In this document: in pieces, positions 50,208 through 59,398 of the stretch
How positions within the stretch are numbered: position 1 is the stretch's first letter
Layout: every line of letters begins with the position of its first letter
Assembly: GCA_050331615.1 (NCBI GenBank)
Contig: JBHJGR010000160.1
Span: forward strand, 6,482 to 70,481
Direction of reading: 5' to 3'
DNA length: 64,000 bases
Origin: Elainellaceae cyanobacterium
GTDB lineage: Bacteria > Cyanobacteriota > Cyanobacteriia > CAKZMO01
Notes under the pieces: generated by a model
Databases searched by the model: none
The model's input: the letters and a program-made list of their open reading frames with translations, nothing else
Told to the model about the DNA's origin: nothing
Position numbers and translations under genes: made by a program

Positions 50208-52214
50208 TTACGACGACAGGTAAGTGTAGCGGCTGAGCGATCGCTCATAGTTTTGCAGCAGCCATTGGGCCTCCTGCAGCGTAATTTTGCCGTCCTGCAG
50301 AGCCCGTTCCGACCGGAGCCGCATGTTCTCAATGAGATCCTCCGCGTCGTACTGCACGTACCCCAGTACCTCCGTCACCGTATCCCCCTTGACCACGTGC
50401 TGGATCTGATAGCCTTTGGGGCTGAGGGTGATGTGAACGGCATTGGTGTCGCCAAATAGATTATGTAGGCTGCCCATAATTTCCTGGTAAGCTCCGCTTA
50501 GGAACATGCCCAGGTAGTAAGGCTCATAGGTAAGCTGCTCTGCCGGCGAATTGACCGGGCGGAGGGGGTGGAGTTCCAGCACCCGCTTCACATCCCGCAG
50601 GTCGATGAATCGGTCAATTTTGCCGTCGCTGTCACAGGTCAAGTCGGCCAGAATTCCCCGGCAGGTTGGCTCTTCATCCAATCGGTGAATCGGCATAATG
50701 GGGAAGAGCTGGTCGATCGCCCAGGCATCAGGGGCCGATTGAAAGACCGAAAGATTGATGTAGTAAATCGACGCCATGATGTCTTCCAGATCTTCCAGAT
50801 CATCTGGCACGTAGTCCTGCTGGCGAGCGATATCTAGAATTTTTTGGCAGCAGGCCCAGTAAAGCCGCTCGGCCCGCGCCCGTTCGCGAATGCTGAGGTA
50901 GCCAAAGTTGAACAGGCTGAGGGCCTCCATTTTGAATTGAGACGCGTCGTGGTATGCCTCCTGATAGTTGGTGACGTTGATGGAGTGGTAGGTTTCGGCC
51001 AGGTTTCGCAGAATTAGATGGTCGTCTTCGCTGACCGGAGCGGGAGCCGCCGCAGGCATGTCGCTGGTGCTCAGGACATCGAAGATAAGGATGGACTGAT
51101 GCGAGGCGATCGCCCGGCCACTCTCACTGATCAAGGTAGGCACCGGCAGATCCTTAGCGTCACAGGCTTCCTTCACTGCCGCCACCACATCGTTGGCGTA
51201 GTTTTGCATGTTGTAGTTTTTGGAGGCGTGGAAGTTGGTCTTTGAACCGTCATAATCGACTCCTAGACCGCCCCCCACGTCTAAATACTGCATAGATGCG
51301 CCCAAATTAGCCAGCTCAACGTAGATCTGACAGGCTTCCCGCAGGGCATCCTTCAGCACGCCAATGGAGGAAATTTGGGAGCCGATGTGAAAGTGCAGGA
51401 GCTGGAGGGCGTCGAGCATCCCGGCAGCCTGGAGCCGCTCAACGGCGGTGATCATTTCGGGAATCGTCAGCCCGAATTTGGCGCGATCGCCCGTCGAAGT
51501 GCCCCAGCGCCCTTCCCCCTTGACATTGAGCTTCGCCCGTACGCCTAAAATGGGCTGGACCTGGAGCTTACGGCTAGCCTCAATGGCCAGATCTACCTCT
51601 TCGATCTGCTCCACCACGATGATGGAGGTGTGTCCCAGGCGACGGGCTAGCACGGCCGTTTCGACATATTCCCGGTCCTTATAGCCATTGCAGATGAGCA
51701 GCGCTCCTTCAGTGTCAAGCGTGGCCAGGGCAATCATCAGCTCAGGCTTTGAGCCAGCCTCCAAGCCAAACTGGTGCGGTCTGCCAAACTTCACCAGGTC
51801 TTCCATGAGGTGGCGCTGCTGGTTGCACTTGACCGGAAACACCCCCCGGTAGTGGCCGGGATAGTTATAGCGGGCGATCGCCCGACCAAAGCAGGCGTTA
51901 AGCCGATCGATGCGGTCTTCCAGAATATTGGAAAAGCGGATGAGCAGGGGCAGATCCAGATTGCGCTGCCGCAGGGCCTGAACGAGTTCGTATAAGTCGA
52001 GGGAACCGCCGCGATCGCCCTTAGGAGAAACCGTTACGTGTCCAGCGGCGTTAATCGAGAAGTAGGGTTCTCCCCATCCCTGGATGCGGTAGAGTTCTTC
52101 GCTGTCTTCGATTGTCCAGCGGCGGCTGGGGCTGGGCACTGGAGCACCCTCGTAGCGAGATCCCCTACCGTTCACGGACTGTTCTAGATATTTTGATGTC
52201 TGCATCGATGCCAT
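50208..52214 (-). CDS. speA: Biosynthetic arginine decarboxylase
   Basis: N-terminal WTIEDSEELYRIQGWGEPYF and a PLP fold-III/ODC-like core. Start at ATG 52214. Confidence 0.85.
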   Translation of the reverse strand: MASMQTSKYLEQSVNGRGSRYEGAPVPSPSRRWTIEDSEELYRIQGWGEPYFSINAAGHVTVSPKGDRGGSLDLYELVQALRQRNLDLPLLIRFSNILEDRIDRLNACFGRAIARYNYPGHYRGVFPVKCNQQRHLMEDLVKFGRPHQFGLEAGSKPELMIALATLDTEGALLICNGYKDREYVETAVLARRLGHTSIIVVEQIEEVDLAIEASRKLQVQPILGVRAKLNVKGEGRWGTSTGDRAKFGLTIPEMITAVERLQAAGMLDALQLLHFHIGSQISSIGVLKDALREACQIYVELANLGASMQYLDVGGGLGVDYDGSKTNFHASKNYNMQNYANDVVAAVKEACDAKDLPVPTLISESGRAIASHQSILIFDVLSTSDMPAAAPAPVSEDDHLILRNLAETYHSINVTNYQEAYHDASQFKMEALSLFNFGYLSIRERARAERLYWACCQKILDIARQQDYVPDDLEDLEDIMASIYYINLSVFQSAPDAWAIDQLFPIMPIHRLDEEPTCRGILADLTCDSDGKIDRFIDLRDVKRVLELHPLRPVNSPAEQLTYEPYYLGMFLSGAYQEIMGSLHNLFGDTNAVHITLSPKGYQIQHVVKGDTVTEVLGYVQYDAEDLIENMRLRSERALQDGKITLQEAQWLLQNYERSLSRYTYLSS

Positions 52215-52567
52215 TCTCCCAAATGTCAAGTCCACTAAGGCTCCAGCCAATATCTGCCTACCACCGGAACGTCGGTAAATTCACGCTAGAGTGCGGTATT
52301 GTCGGTCTATCCCTGGTCGCCAATTTATCTTAGTGGAGTCTCAGATCCGATGATATCGGTCAATCAACATAAGTTGCCAACCCATGTCCCATACATCTCT
52401 CGGCGTTTCCACTGATTATTTGCGTCGCCCGATGAGCAACGCTTGTCCCCCGGTGATGTTTTGCGCCGTATTTCGTCTCCAGCAGGACTTACGCCGTCCT
52501 GGGGTTCTGAATGGTTTTACGGGTGCGCAGCGCCCACAAAACCAACAAATTGCGTCAGTCCTATCCA

Positions 52568-52663
52568 GTATGGCGTTACGCTTTCGCGTTAGGACGTTCA
52601 AGAGGTGTGGAACCCCCGCGACGCGGGGTTCCACACTCAAACTTTAGCCCGTAGGGCTATAAA
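52568..52663 (-). repeat. R1 repeat, copy 7
   Basis: GTATGGCGTTACGCTTTCGCGTTAGGACGTTCAAGAGGTGTGGAACCCCCGCGACGCGGGGTTCCACACTCAAACTTTAGCCCGTAGGGCTAT. Confidence 0.85.
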
Positions 52664-52703
52664 TGAGAGAATTCAAAAACCTGTTGTGTAGGCCCTACCG
52701 TTC

Positions 52704-53087
52704 ATGACGAGCACCCGAGGCATCATTGATGCCAACCAAGCCTTCTACCGAGCCTTTGAGCGCAAAGATATCGACGCGATGGGGATGATCTGGTCCAAAG
52801 GAGCAGCCAGTCTGTGTGTTCACCCCGGACGCCATGCCTTGCGGGGATGGGAACAGATTCGCGAGTCGTGGGAGACGATCTTCAAGAACACTGAATATCT
52901 GGAAATCGATATCGAACTGGTTACAGTTGAGGTCAACGGCGGGTTGGGCTATGTCGTGCTGGTCGAGCATCTCTTTCAAGTGGTGCGCGGTCGGCGACTG
53001 GAAGCCCAATCTGTGGCGACTAACCTATTTGAGCAGATGAGCGATCGCTGGTACATTGTTCATCACCACGGTAGTCCGGTGGCCTGA
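52704..53087 (+). CDS. NTF2-like (SnoaL/DUF4440) small protein
   Basis: About 127 aa with an alpha+beta cone pattern (IDANQAFYRAFERKDIDAM..W). Confidence 0.45.
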   Translation: MTSTRGIIDANQAFYRAFERKDIDAMGMIWSKGAASLCVHPGRHALRGWEQIRESWETIFKNTEYLEIDIELVTVEVNGGLGYVVLVEHLFQVVRGRRLEAQSVATNLFEQMSDRWYIVHHHGSPVA

Positions 53088-53143
53088 GGCTTGCCCCGTT
53101 GTGGCATTCACGGTAAGACGCTGATAGGCGGATCTGAGAAGCT

Positions 53144-53983
53144 ATGAATCTTATCATCATCGGCTGTGGCTACGTGGGTAGCGCCGTTGCCAGCTATTGG
53201 CGCGATCGCTCAGACCATCGCGTCTGGGCCACGACCACCACGCCAGACCGCCTGCCGGAACTAGAGGCGATCGCCCACCGGGCACTGGTGCTCACCGGTA
53301 CCGATCGGGATGCTCTGCAGCAGGCCCTCCAGGACCAGGAGGGAATAGTCCTCACGCTGGCCCCCACGAGCGATCGGCAGGTGGACGCCGATTGCTATGA
53401 AGCTACCTACCTCCATACCGCCCAAACCTTGGTGGCTGCCCTGGAACAGACACCCAGCGTCAAGCAAATTATCTACACCAGTAGCTGCGCGGTTTATGGC
53501 GATCGCCACGGAGACTGGGTCACGGAAACCGATCCCATTGACCCGTCCGATCGCCACAGTGAGGTGCTGTTCGAAACCGAGCAGGTCTTGCTGTCTGCCG
53601 CCGGCCCAACGCTCCAGGTCTGTATTCTGCGGCTGGGGGCGCTGCACGGTCCCGGTCGCGAACTTGGGCAGCGGTGTCGTAGGGTGGCAGGCACTACTCG
53701 CCCCGGCACGGGAGAGTTTTTCACCAACTGGGTGCATTTAGGGGACGTTGTCGCGGCAATTGACTTGGCGATCGCCCAGCGTCTTCAGGGTATCTATAAC
53801 CTAGTCAACGACGATCCCCTGACGCTGCGAGACTTATTTGATCGAGTCTGCCGCCAGTACAACCTGCCGCCGGTAACTTGGGACCCGTCCCAGGCGAAAT
53901 CCACTCCCGCCAATCGCCGCATCTCCAATCAAAAGCTCAAACAGGCGGGATACTCGCTGATGCATCCGGAGACTGAGCTTTGA
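53144..53983 (+). CDS. NAD(P)-binding Rossmann-fold oxidoreductase/epimerase-like protein
   Basis: N-terminal GCGYVGSAV dinucleotide-binding motif; about 279 aa. Confidence 0.5.
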   Translation: MNLIIIGCGYVGSAVASYWRDRSDHRVWATTTTPDRLPELEAIAHRALVLTGTDRDALQQALQDQEGIVLTLAPTSDRQVDADCYEATYLHTAQTLVAALEQTPSVKQIIYTSSCAVYGDRHGDWVTETDPIDPSDRHSEVLFETEQVLLSAAGPTLQVCILRLGALHGPGRELGQRCRRVAGTTRPGTGEFFTNWVHLGDVVAAIDLAIAQRLQGIYNLVNDDPLTLRDLFDRVCRQYNLPPVTWDPSQAKSTPANRRISNQKLKQAGYSLMHPETEL

Positions 53984-54074
53984 GACAATGGGCGATCGCC
54001 CAATCCGGCTACAGCATATGCGAGTCTCGTTCTATCCTGAGAGAGGAGATCAATCCGGACCCGCCACACCGCTC

Positions 54075-55391
54075 ATGAGCTACTACATCGCGCCCCGCTT
54101 CCTTGACAAACTTGCCGTTCACATCACCAAAAACTATCTCAACCTGCCGGGGGTGCGGGTACCGCTGATTCTAGGCATCCACGGGCGCAAAGGGGAAGGT
54201 AAAACCTTCCAGTGCGAGCTGGCCTTTGAGCGCATGGGTATCGAAGTGGTGCACATGTCGGGGAGCGAGCTGGAGAGTCCCGATGCGGGCGACCCATCCC
54301 GCCTGATTCGCCTGCGCTACCGGGAGGCGGCAGAACTGGTGCGGGTGCGGGGACGGATGGCTGCCCTGATGATTAACGACATCGATGCTGGGGCAGGTCG
54401 ATTTGATGAGGGCACCCAATACACGGTTAATACCCAGCTCGTGAACGGTACGCTAATGAACATCGCGGATAACCCGACGAATGTCCAGCTCCCCGGCAGC
54501 TATGACGATCAGCCCATTCAGCGGGTACCGATTATCGTCACGGGTAATGACCTCTCTACTCTCTACGCTCCTCTAGTGCGAGAGGGGCGCATGGAGAAAT
54601 TTTATTGGGAACCCGATCGCGCCGATCGCATCGGCATTGTTAGCGGCATCTTTGCCCCTGATGGTCTGTCCAATACAGCCGTGACGGAGCTGGTAGACAC
54701 GTTCCCGCAACAGTCCATCGACTTTTACAGCGCCCTCCGTTCCCGCCTATACGACGAGCAGATACGCCACTTCATTCACCAGGTCGGGCTAGAGCGGGTG
54801 TCGGCCCGGGTAGTGAATAGCAAGGAAGCGGCTCCGGTTTTTCTCAAGCCCGATTTTAGTTTGCAGCATTTGCAAGAGATGGGCGATCGCATCGTCCAAG
54901 AGCAGCGCCGCCTGGAAGATACGGGCCTAGTGCGCGAGTACAACCGAGCGCTAAACTACCGGCAGCAACAGGCCGATCGGCAACAGGCCGAGCAGCAAGA
55001 AGTGCCCGCTGGCAATGGCTCGTCAACACCATCTACCGACTCAGCCTCGTTCTATCGGGCTTACTCATCTCCACCGGAGCTGGACTACCTGACCGCCACT
55101 CACGCATCTGCGCCGACCAACGGTGCCCCGCCTTTGGAGGCAGACACCCTCCAGCAGGTGCGTGGAACCTTGGCCCAAGGAGGGCGCATCGGCATTGAGC
55201 ACGCGGACGAGCGCCGATTTCGCGTTAATTCCTGGTCAAGCTGCACGTCAGTAGAGGGCACTGAGGAGGAGGTGTTAGGCCATCTGGCAAGCTGCCTGCA
55301 AGACTATGAAAAAGAATATGTGCGGCTCGTGGGTATCGACCCTGCTGCCAAGCGACGCACATTTGAGGCGATCGTGCAGCGCCCCCAATGA
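54075..55391 (+). CDS. rca: Rubisco activase (cyanobacterial type, AAA+ with C-terminal extension)
   Basis: GIHGRKGEGKTFQCELAFERMGIEVVHMSGSELESPDAGDPSRLIRLRYREAAE aligns with the plant/cyanobacterial Rca Walker A and sensor region. Start at ATG 54075 (MSYYIAPRFL). Confidence 0.8.
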   Translation: MSYYIAPRFLDKLAVHITKNYLNLPGVRVPLILGIHGRKGEGKTFQCELAFERMGIEVVHMSGSELESPDAGDPSRLIRLRYREAAELVRVRGRMAALMINDIDAGAGRFDEGTQYTVNTQLVNGTLMNIADNPTNVQLPGSYDDQPIQRVPIIVTGNDLSTLYAPLVREGRMEKFYWEPDRADRIGIVSGIFAPDGLSNTAVTELVDTFPQQSIDFYSALRSRLYDEQIRHFIHQVGLERVSARVVNSKEAAPVFLKPDFSLQHLQEMGDRIVQEQRRLEDTGLVREYNRALNYRQQQADRQQAEQQEVPAGNGSSTPSTDSASFYRAYSSPPELDYLTATHASAPTNGAPPLEADTLQQVRGTLAQGGRIGIEHADERRFRVNSWSSCTSVEGTEEEVLGHLASCLQDYEKEYVRLVGIDPAAKRRTFEAIVQRPQ

Positions 55392-55461
55392 GCCATTGGC
55401 CGCCCGGTAGAGGACACCTTCGGCAATAGCTTCGTCGTTCTGGGCGATCGCCCCATGCTTG

Positions 55462-55540
55462 CGCGTTAAGACCCTCAAAAAGTTCAAAGCCCCCGCATCG
55501 CGGGGGCTTTGAATTCAAACTTCAGCCCGTAGGGCTATAC
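55462..55540 (-). repeat. R1 repeat, copy 8 (partial/degenerate)
   Basis: CAAAGCCCCCGCATCGCGGGGGCTTTGAATTCAAACTTCAGCCCGTAGGGCTATA. Confidence 0.6.
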
Positions 55541-55544
55541 CGAC

Positions 55545-56138
55545 TTACCAAAGGCCCTGTACTGGCTCCGCGGCTGCGGGAGCGGTGGTAGTGGGCGTAG
55601 TTTGGAACGTTTCCTCGCGCTGCATCATTGTTTCCTCGCGCTGCATCATCGTTTCCTGCGACACCTCAGGCTCGGTGATCATTTCGGCCTCATCTTCTTC
55701 GAAGAGGTCGGGTTCGTCCACGTCTGTAGATGGAGTAGCTGGCGTTGTGGCTTGGGCATCAAAATCAGGGTTGAGCGTAACGACTTCATCTCCCCGGATG
55801 AGAGCAATAGCATCATCATCCTGATAGATCACCGTCACCTCTTCGCCGACATCCAGACCTAGCTCGTTGATGTCGGCGTTGCTCAGATAGATCGTGTCTA
55901 CCGTACCGTCTTCTAGATCGACGCGGACTTCACCAAAGTCAGGGTCAACCGCTATAACCGTAGCGGGAACCCGGACCTGCATGGGGTCGACTTCTTGGGC
56001 AATGTCCTGGGTCGTAATCTGAGATTGTGAGTCAGAGGCTGCAGCGCCGGGTAGGGCGATCGCCCGATGAGCAACGCCAAGGGACGTGATCACGGCCAAG
56101 GCGGAACCCAGCAGAATATGGGGCTTGCGATGTAACAT
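55545..56138 (-). CDS. Secreted acidic protein of unknown function
   Basis: Signal peptide, highly acidic, with a tandem ETMMQRE heptad duplication. Confidence 0.35.
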   Translation of the reverse strand: MLHRKPHILLGSALAVITSLGVAHRAIALPGAAASDSQSQITTQDIAQEVDPMQVRVPATVIAVDPDFGEVRVDLEDGTVDTIYLSNADINELGLDVGEEVTVIYQDDDAIALIRGDEVVTLNPDFDAQATTPATPSTDVDEPDLFEEDEAEMITEPEVSQETMMQREETMMQREETFQTTPTTTAPAAAEPVQGLW

Positions 56139-56267
56139 CTTTGTACTCCTTCCGTAGAATTTTCGGGGTGCCCAAACGCTACATGGCTGGCAGCGACAAA
56201 GCACTACCCGGTATCGAAGATACTAGACGGCGCTAGGGAGAAAATGGGTCCATCAAAGGGTAGAAAG

Positions 56268-56870
56268 CTAAATCGCCTCGCCCAAGCCCAGGGGCGTTTC
56301 CGATAGGGGCGTACCTAGTTTGCTGAGGTTAAGGGCATGGCCTGCCATAACCAGATAAACGGTGGTGGCGATCGCCCCAATCTGTCGCGTCAGAGCCCCT
56401 AGGCGATCGCGAAATAGCCGCCCCGCAGGATAAGCGGGAACGACCCCCCAGCCGGTTTCCTCGGCCACGATGACAATACTACAGGGAGTCTGCTTCAGGC
56501 TGGCAATTAGGGCCTTGGCCGTTTGCTCCCAGTGGTCAGCCTCTTGGTCTAGCTGGGTCGCCAGCCAGGTACCCAGCGAGTCGATGAGCAGACATTGGTG
56601 AGGCAGGGCATTCCCAACGACTGCCGGCAAATCCATTGGCCCTTCCACGGTCAACCAGTGAGCGGGGCGGCGCTGCTGATGCTGGCGAATGCGGGTCGTC
56701 CAGTCAGGATCGTCAGAATTAGTCGCGGCTGTTGCCACATAGACAATTTGCCGGTCTGGCTGGGCATGCTGGGCGATCGCCGCCTCGGCCCACTCGCTTT
56801 TGCCCGATCGGGCTGGACCTGTCACCAGGATCAAAGGATTATTAGAGGAAACCCCAGCAGGGTCTACCAT
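56268..56870 (-). CDS. cobU: Adenosylcobinamide kinase / adenosylcobinamide-phosphate guanylyltransferase
   Basis: P-loop ILVTGPARSGKSEWAE, and about 200 aa when started at ATG 56870. The upstream part of the track ORF is Gly/Pro/Arg-rich non-coding-like sequence. Confidence 0.75.
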   Translation of the reverse strand: MVDPAGVSSNNPLILVTGPARSGKSEWAEAAIAQHAQPDRQIVYVATAATNSDDPDWTTRIRQHQQRRPAHWLTVEGPMDLPAVVGNALPHQCLLIDSLGTWLATQLDQEADHWEQTAKALIASLKQTPCSIVIVAEETGWGVVPAYPAGRLFRDRLGALTRQIGAIATTVYLVMAGHALNLSKLGTPLSETPLGLGEAI

Positions 56871-57181
56871 GACTGGCGCTCGCCATAGGAGCGATCGCTG
56901 TTGGCGGGAAAGGACTGTACGCTGAGGGCCGTCACCAGGTCGCCATTCACGAGAATTTTGATTTGCTGGGCCAGCCGCAGTTCGGCTATGGGGGCCTGCA
57001 GCAGGTTGCCTACCCGGGCGATCGCCTCGGCAGTTTCCAAATCTCGGCAGTGTACTCGGAGGACGCCCCACCAGCGAGTCAGCTTACAGGTCTGAAGCGC
57101 TTTGAGCTGGCTGAGTTCTACGGGATCTTCGCGGTAGAAATCTAGAATGAGTCGCGTGAGTTGAGAGTACCAGTTCATCAT
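56864..57181 (-). CDS. Small hypothetical protein, likely co-transcribed with cobU
   Basis: ORF only. 7-nt overlap with the cobU start. True start is probably the MMNWYS at 57181. Confidence 0.3.
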   Translation of the reverse strand: MMNWYSQLTRLILDFYREDPVELSQLKALQTCKLTRWWGVLRVHCRDLETAEAIARVGNLLQAPIAELRLAQQIKILVNGDLVTALSVQSFPANSDRSYGERQSW

Positions 57182-57704
57182 GATCTTTAACTTGAGTGCC
57201 TGGGGACCTTCCGGGGATGAGCAAATGCAAAAAAATTGCAAAGAAAATGCAAAAAGCCTAAACGCCAATGCCGAGGTGCATGCTTAATAAGCAGCGCATC
57301 ACTCAAATTTGCATCTCAATTTGCGTCTATATAATTGATGCCATTTGCTTTAGCTGATACTTTACATTGAACATCAGGTTTTCTCTGGTTGTAGCATGGC
57401 TGAAAAAAGATTTAATAACTGGTTGGATTTAGTAAGATCCCTTTTGAAGTTACTCAATCCTTCTCTAGGTAAGGATTTAAGCGGATTGCCATGCCTCCGG
57501 TGGTGTAACAATTTTGTGGAAGTTGTTGATATAAGTTAATCAAACGATCGAATTTCTCCCATTTAATTGAAGGGCATACTTTAATCATTTGTTTAGGTTT
57601 GCCAAAAGGGAATTCAAGGATTTAGTTGAGCCCAACCGACGATCAATGAGATCGCTAGCGCCAGCATGACCAATCATTTCATTTACACTGTGGATATGGC
57701 GCTA

Positions 57705-57788
57705 TGCTTTCGCGTTAGGACATTCAAGAGGTGTGGATCCTCCGCGTCGCGGGGGGTCCACACGCAAACCTTAGCCCGTAGGGCTATA
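57705..57788 (-). repeat. R1 repeat, copy 9
   Basis: ATATGGCGCTATGCTTTCGCGTTAGGACATTCAAGAGGTGTGGATCCTCCGCGTCGCGGGGGGTCCACACGCAAACCTTAGCCCGTAGGGCTATA. Confidence 0.85.
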
Positions 57789-57819
57789 GAATTGGAGCCG
57801 TTTTGATAGGTCAGCTCAC

Positions 57820-59244
57820 ATGCGATCGCCCCAGTCCTCTCCTCTCCAGTCCCCGCCCACCCAATTGCTGCCTACCCTGGCAGAAATCCTGCGGCAGCGC
57901 CGCCTTCAGTTAGCCCAGCGCTTCGATCATCCCGTGGTGCTGTGGTCGGGGCAGCCCCAGTCGCGCAACTTTCCGGCCAACGTCTATCCGTTTCGCCCCA
58001 GCAGTCATTTTCTCTACTTTGCTGGGCTGCCGCTGAGCAACGCCGCCATTCGTCTGAGCCAGGGTCGCCTAGAGCTATATAAAGACAACCTGTCCGCAGC
58101 TAGCGCTCTCTGGCACGGAGCCGCACCCGCGCGGGAGGAGCTAGCGGTGCAGATGGGAGCCGATGCTGCCTATCCCTTAGCTGAGCTAGGGCAGCGGCTG
58201 GATGGGGACGCCACCCTTCCGGTTCAAGATCGCGCCACTCAAAATCAACAGTCTCGCTTGCTGGGGCGATCGCTGGCTGATGCCCCCCAGGGAATGGATC
58301 AGGAGCTGGCTCGGGCCATTGTGGCTCTGCGCCTGGTTCACGATCAGGAGGCGATCGCCCAAATTCGCACCGCCGCAGCGGTAACGGTGCAGGCTCACCG
58401 AGCAGGAATGGCTGCCACGCCTCAAGCCACCCATGAGGCAGCGGTGCGGGCGGCAATGGAACAGGTGCTCATGGCCCATGGAATGACCGTTGCCTATAAC
58501 AGCATCGTCACCGTCCACGGAGAGGTGCTGCACAACGAGCAGTATCACCACCCGCTCCACCCCGGCGATCTGCTGCTGGCGGACGTGGGGGCGGAAGCGC
58601 CATCCGGCTGGGCCTCAGACGTAACCCGCACCTGGCCAGTCTCCGGCAGGTTCTCTCCCACCCAGCGGGATATTTACGACATCGTGCTGGCAGCCCACGA
58701 TGCCTGCATCGAGTCCATGAAGCCAGGGGTGGAATATCGGGACGCGCATCTGCTGGCAGCACGGGTAATTGCGGACGGACTGGTACAGTTGGGTATCTTG
58801 CAGGGACGGGCCGACGATCTAGTAGAGATGGACGCCCACGCCCTGTTTTTCCCCCACGGCATCGGTCACCTGCTGGGCCTAGATGTCCACGATATGGAGG
58901 ATTTGGGGGATTTAGCCGGATACGCCGAGGGTCGGCAGCGGAGCGATCGCTTCGGTCTGGGCTACCTGCGCCTCGATCGCCCCCTTCAAGCGGGCATGAT
59001 GACCACCATCGAGCCAGGGTTCTACCAGGTTCCCGCTATTTTGAATGATCCAGAACGGCGATCGCGCTACCAGTCTGTGGTCAACTGGGAGCGACTGGCC
59101 CAGTTTGCAGACGTGCGGGGCATCCGCATTGAGGACGACGTACTGGTGACGGAAGCGGGTACTGAGATCATCACCGCCGCCCTGCCCACCCAGGCCGCAG
59201 CGATTGAATCAATCGTCCAGGGTACCTATAGCCCTACGGGCTAA
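57820..59244 (+). CDS. Xaa-Pro aminopeptidase (M24B, aminopeptidase P-like)
   Basis: Pita-bread metal ligands HGIGHLLGLDVHD..E..E, with a creatinase-like N-terminal domain. The last five codons (YSPTG) and the TAA stop lie inside an R1 repeat. Confidence 0.7.
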   Translation: MRSPQSSPLQSPPTQLLPTLAEILRQRRLQLAQRFDHPVVLWSGQPQSRNFPANVYPFRPSSHFLYFAGLPLSNAAIRLSQGRLELYKDNLSAASALWHGAAPAREELAVQMGADAAYPLAELGQRLDGDATLPVQDRATQNQQSRLLGRSLADAPQGMDQELARAIVALRLVHDQEAIAQIRTAAAVTVQAHRAGMAATPQATHEAAVRAAMEQVLMAHGMTVAYNSIVTVHGEVLHNEQYHHPLHPGDLLLADVGAEAPSGWASDVTRTWPVSGRFSPTQRDIYDIVLAAHDACIESMKPGVEYRDAHLLAARVIADGLVQLGILQGRADDLVEMDAHALFFPHGIGHLLGLDVHDMEDLGDLAGYAEGRQRSDRFGLGYLRLDRPLQAGMMTTIEPGFYQVPAILNDPERRSRYQSVVNWERLAQFADVRGIRIEDDVLVTEAGTEIITAALPTQAAAIESIVQGTYSPTG

Positions 59245-59318
59245 GGTTTGAGTGTGGAACCCCCGCGACGCGCGGGTTCCACACCTCTTGAATGTCCTAA
59301 CGCGAAAGCGTAACGCCG
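59228..59318 (+). repeat. R1 repeat, copy 10 (near-consensus), overlapping the 3' end of the aminopeptidase gene
   Basis: ATAGCCCTACGGGCTAAGGTTTGAGTGTGGAACCCCCGCGACGCGCGGGTTCCACACCTCTTGAATGTCCTAACGCGAAAGCGTAACGCC. Confidence 0.85.
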
Positions 59319-59398
59319 TCGGGCGAAGCATTGCGGCAAAACAAACAGGAAAGGACCCGCAGGTAATGCCGCAGTGCTTCGCCCCAATCAACCGTCAC

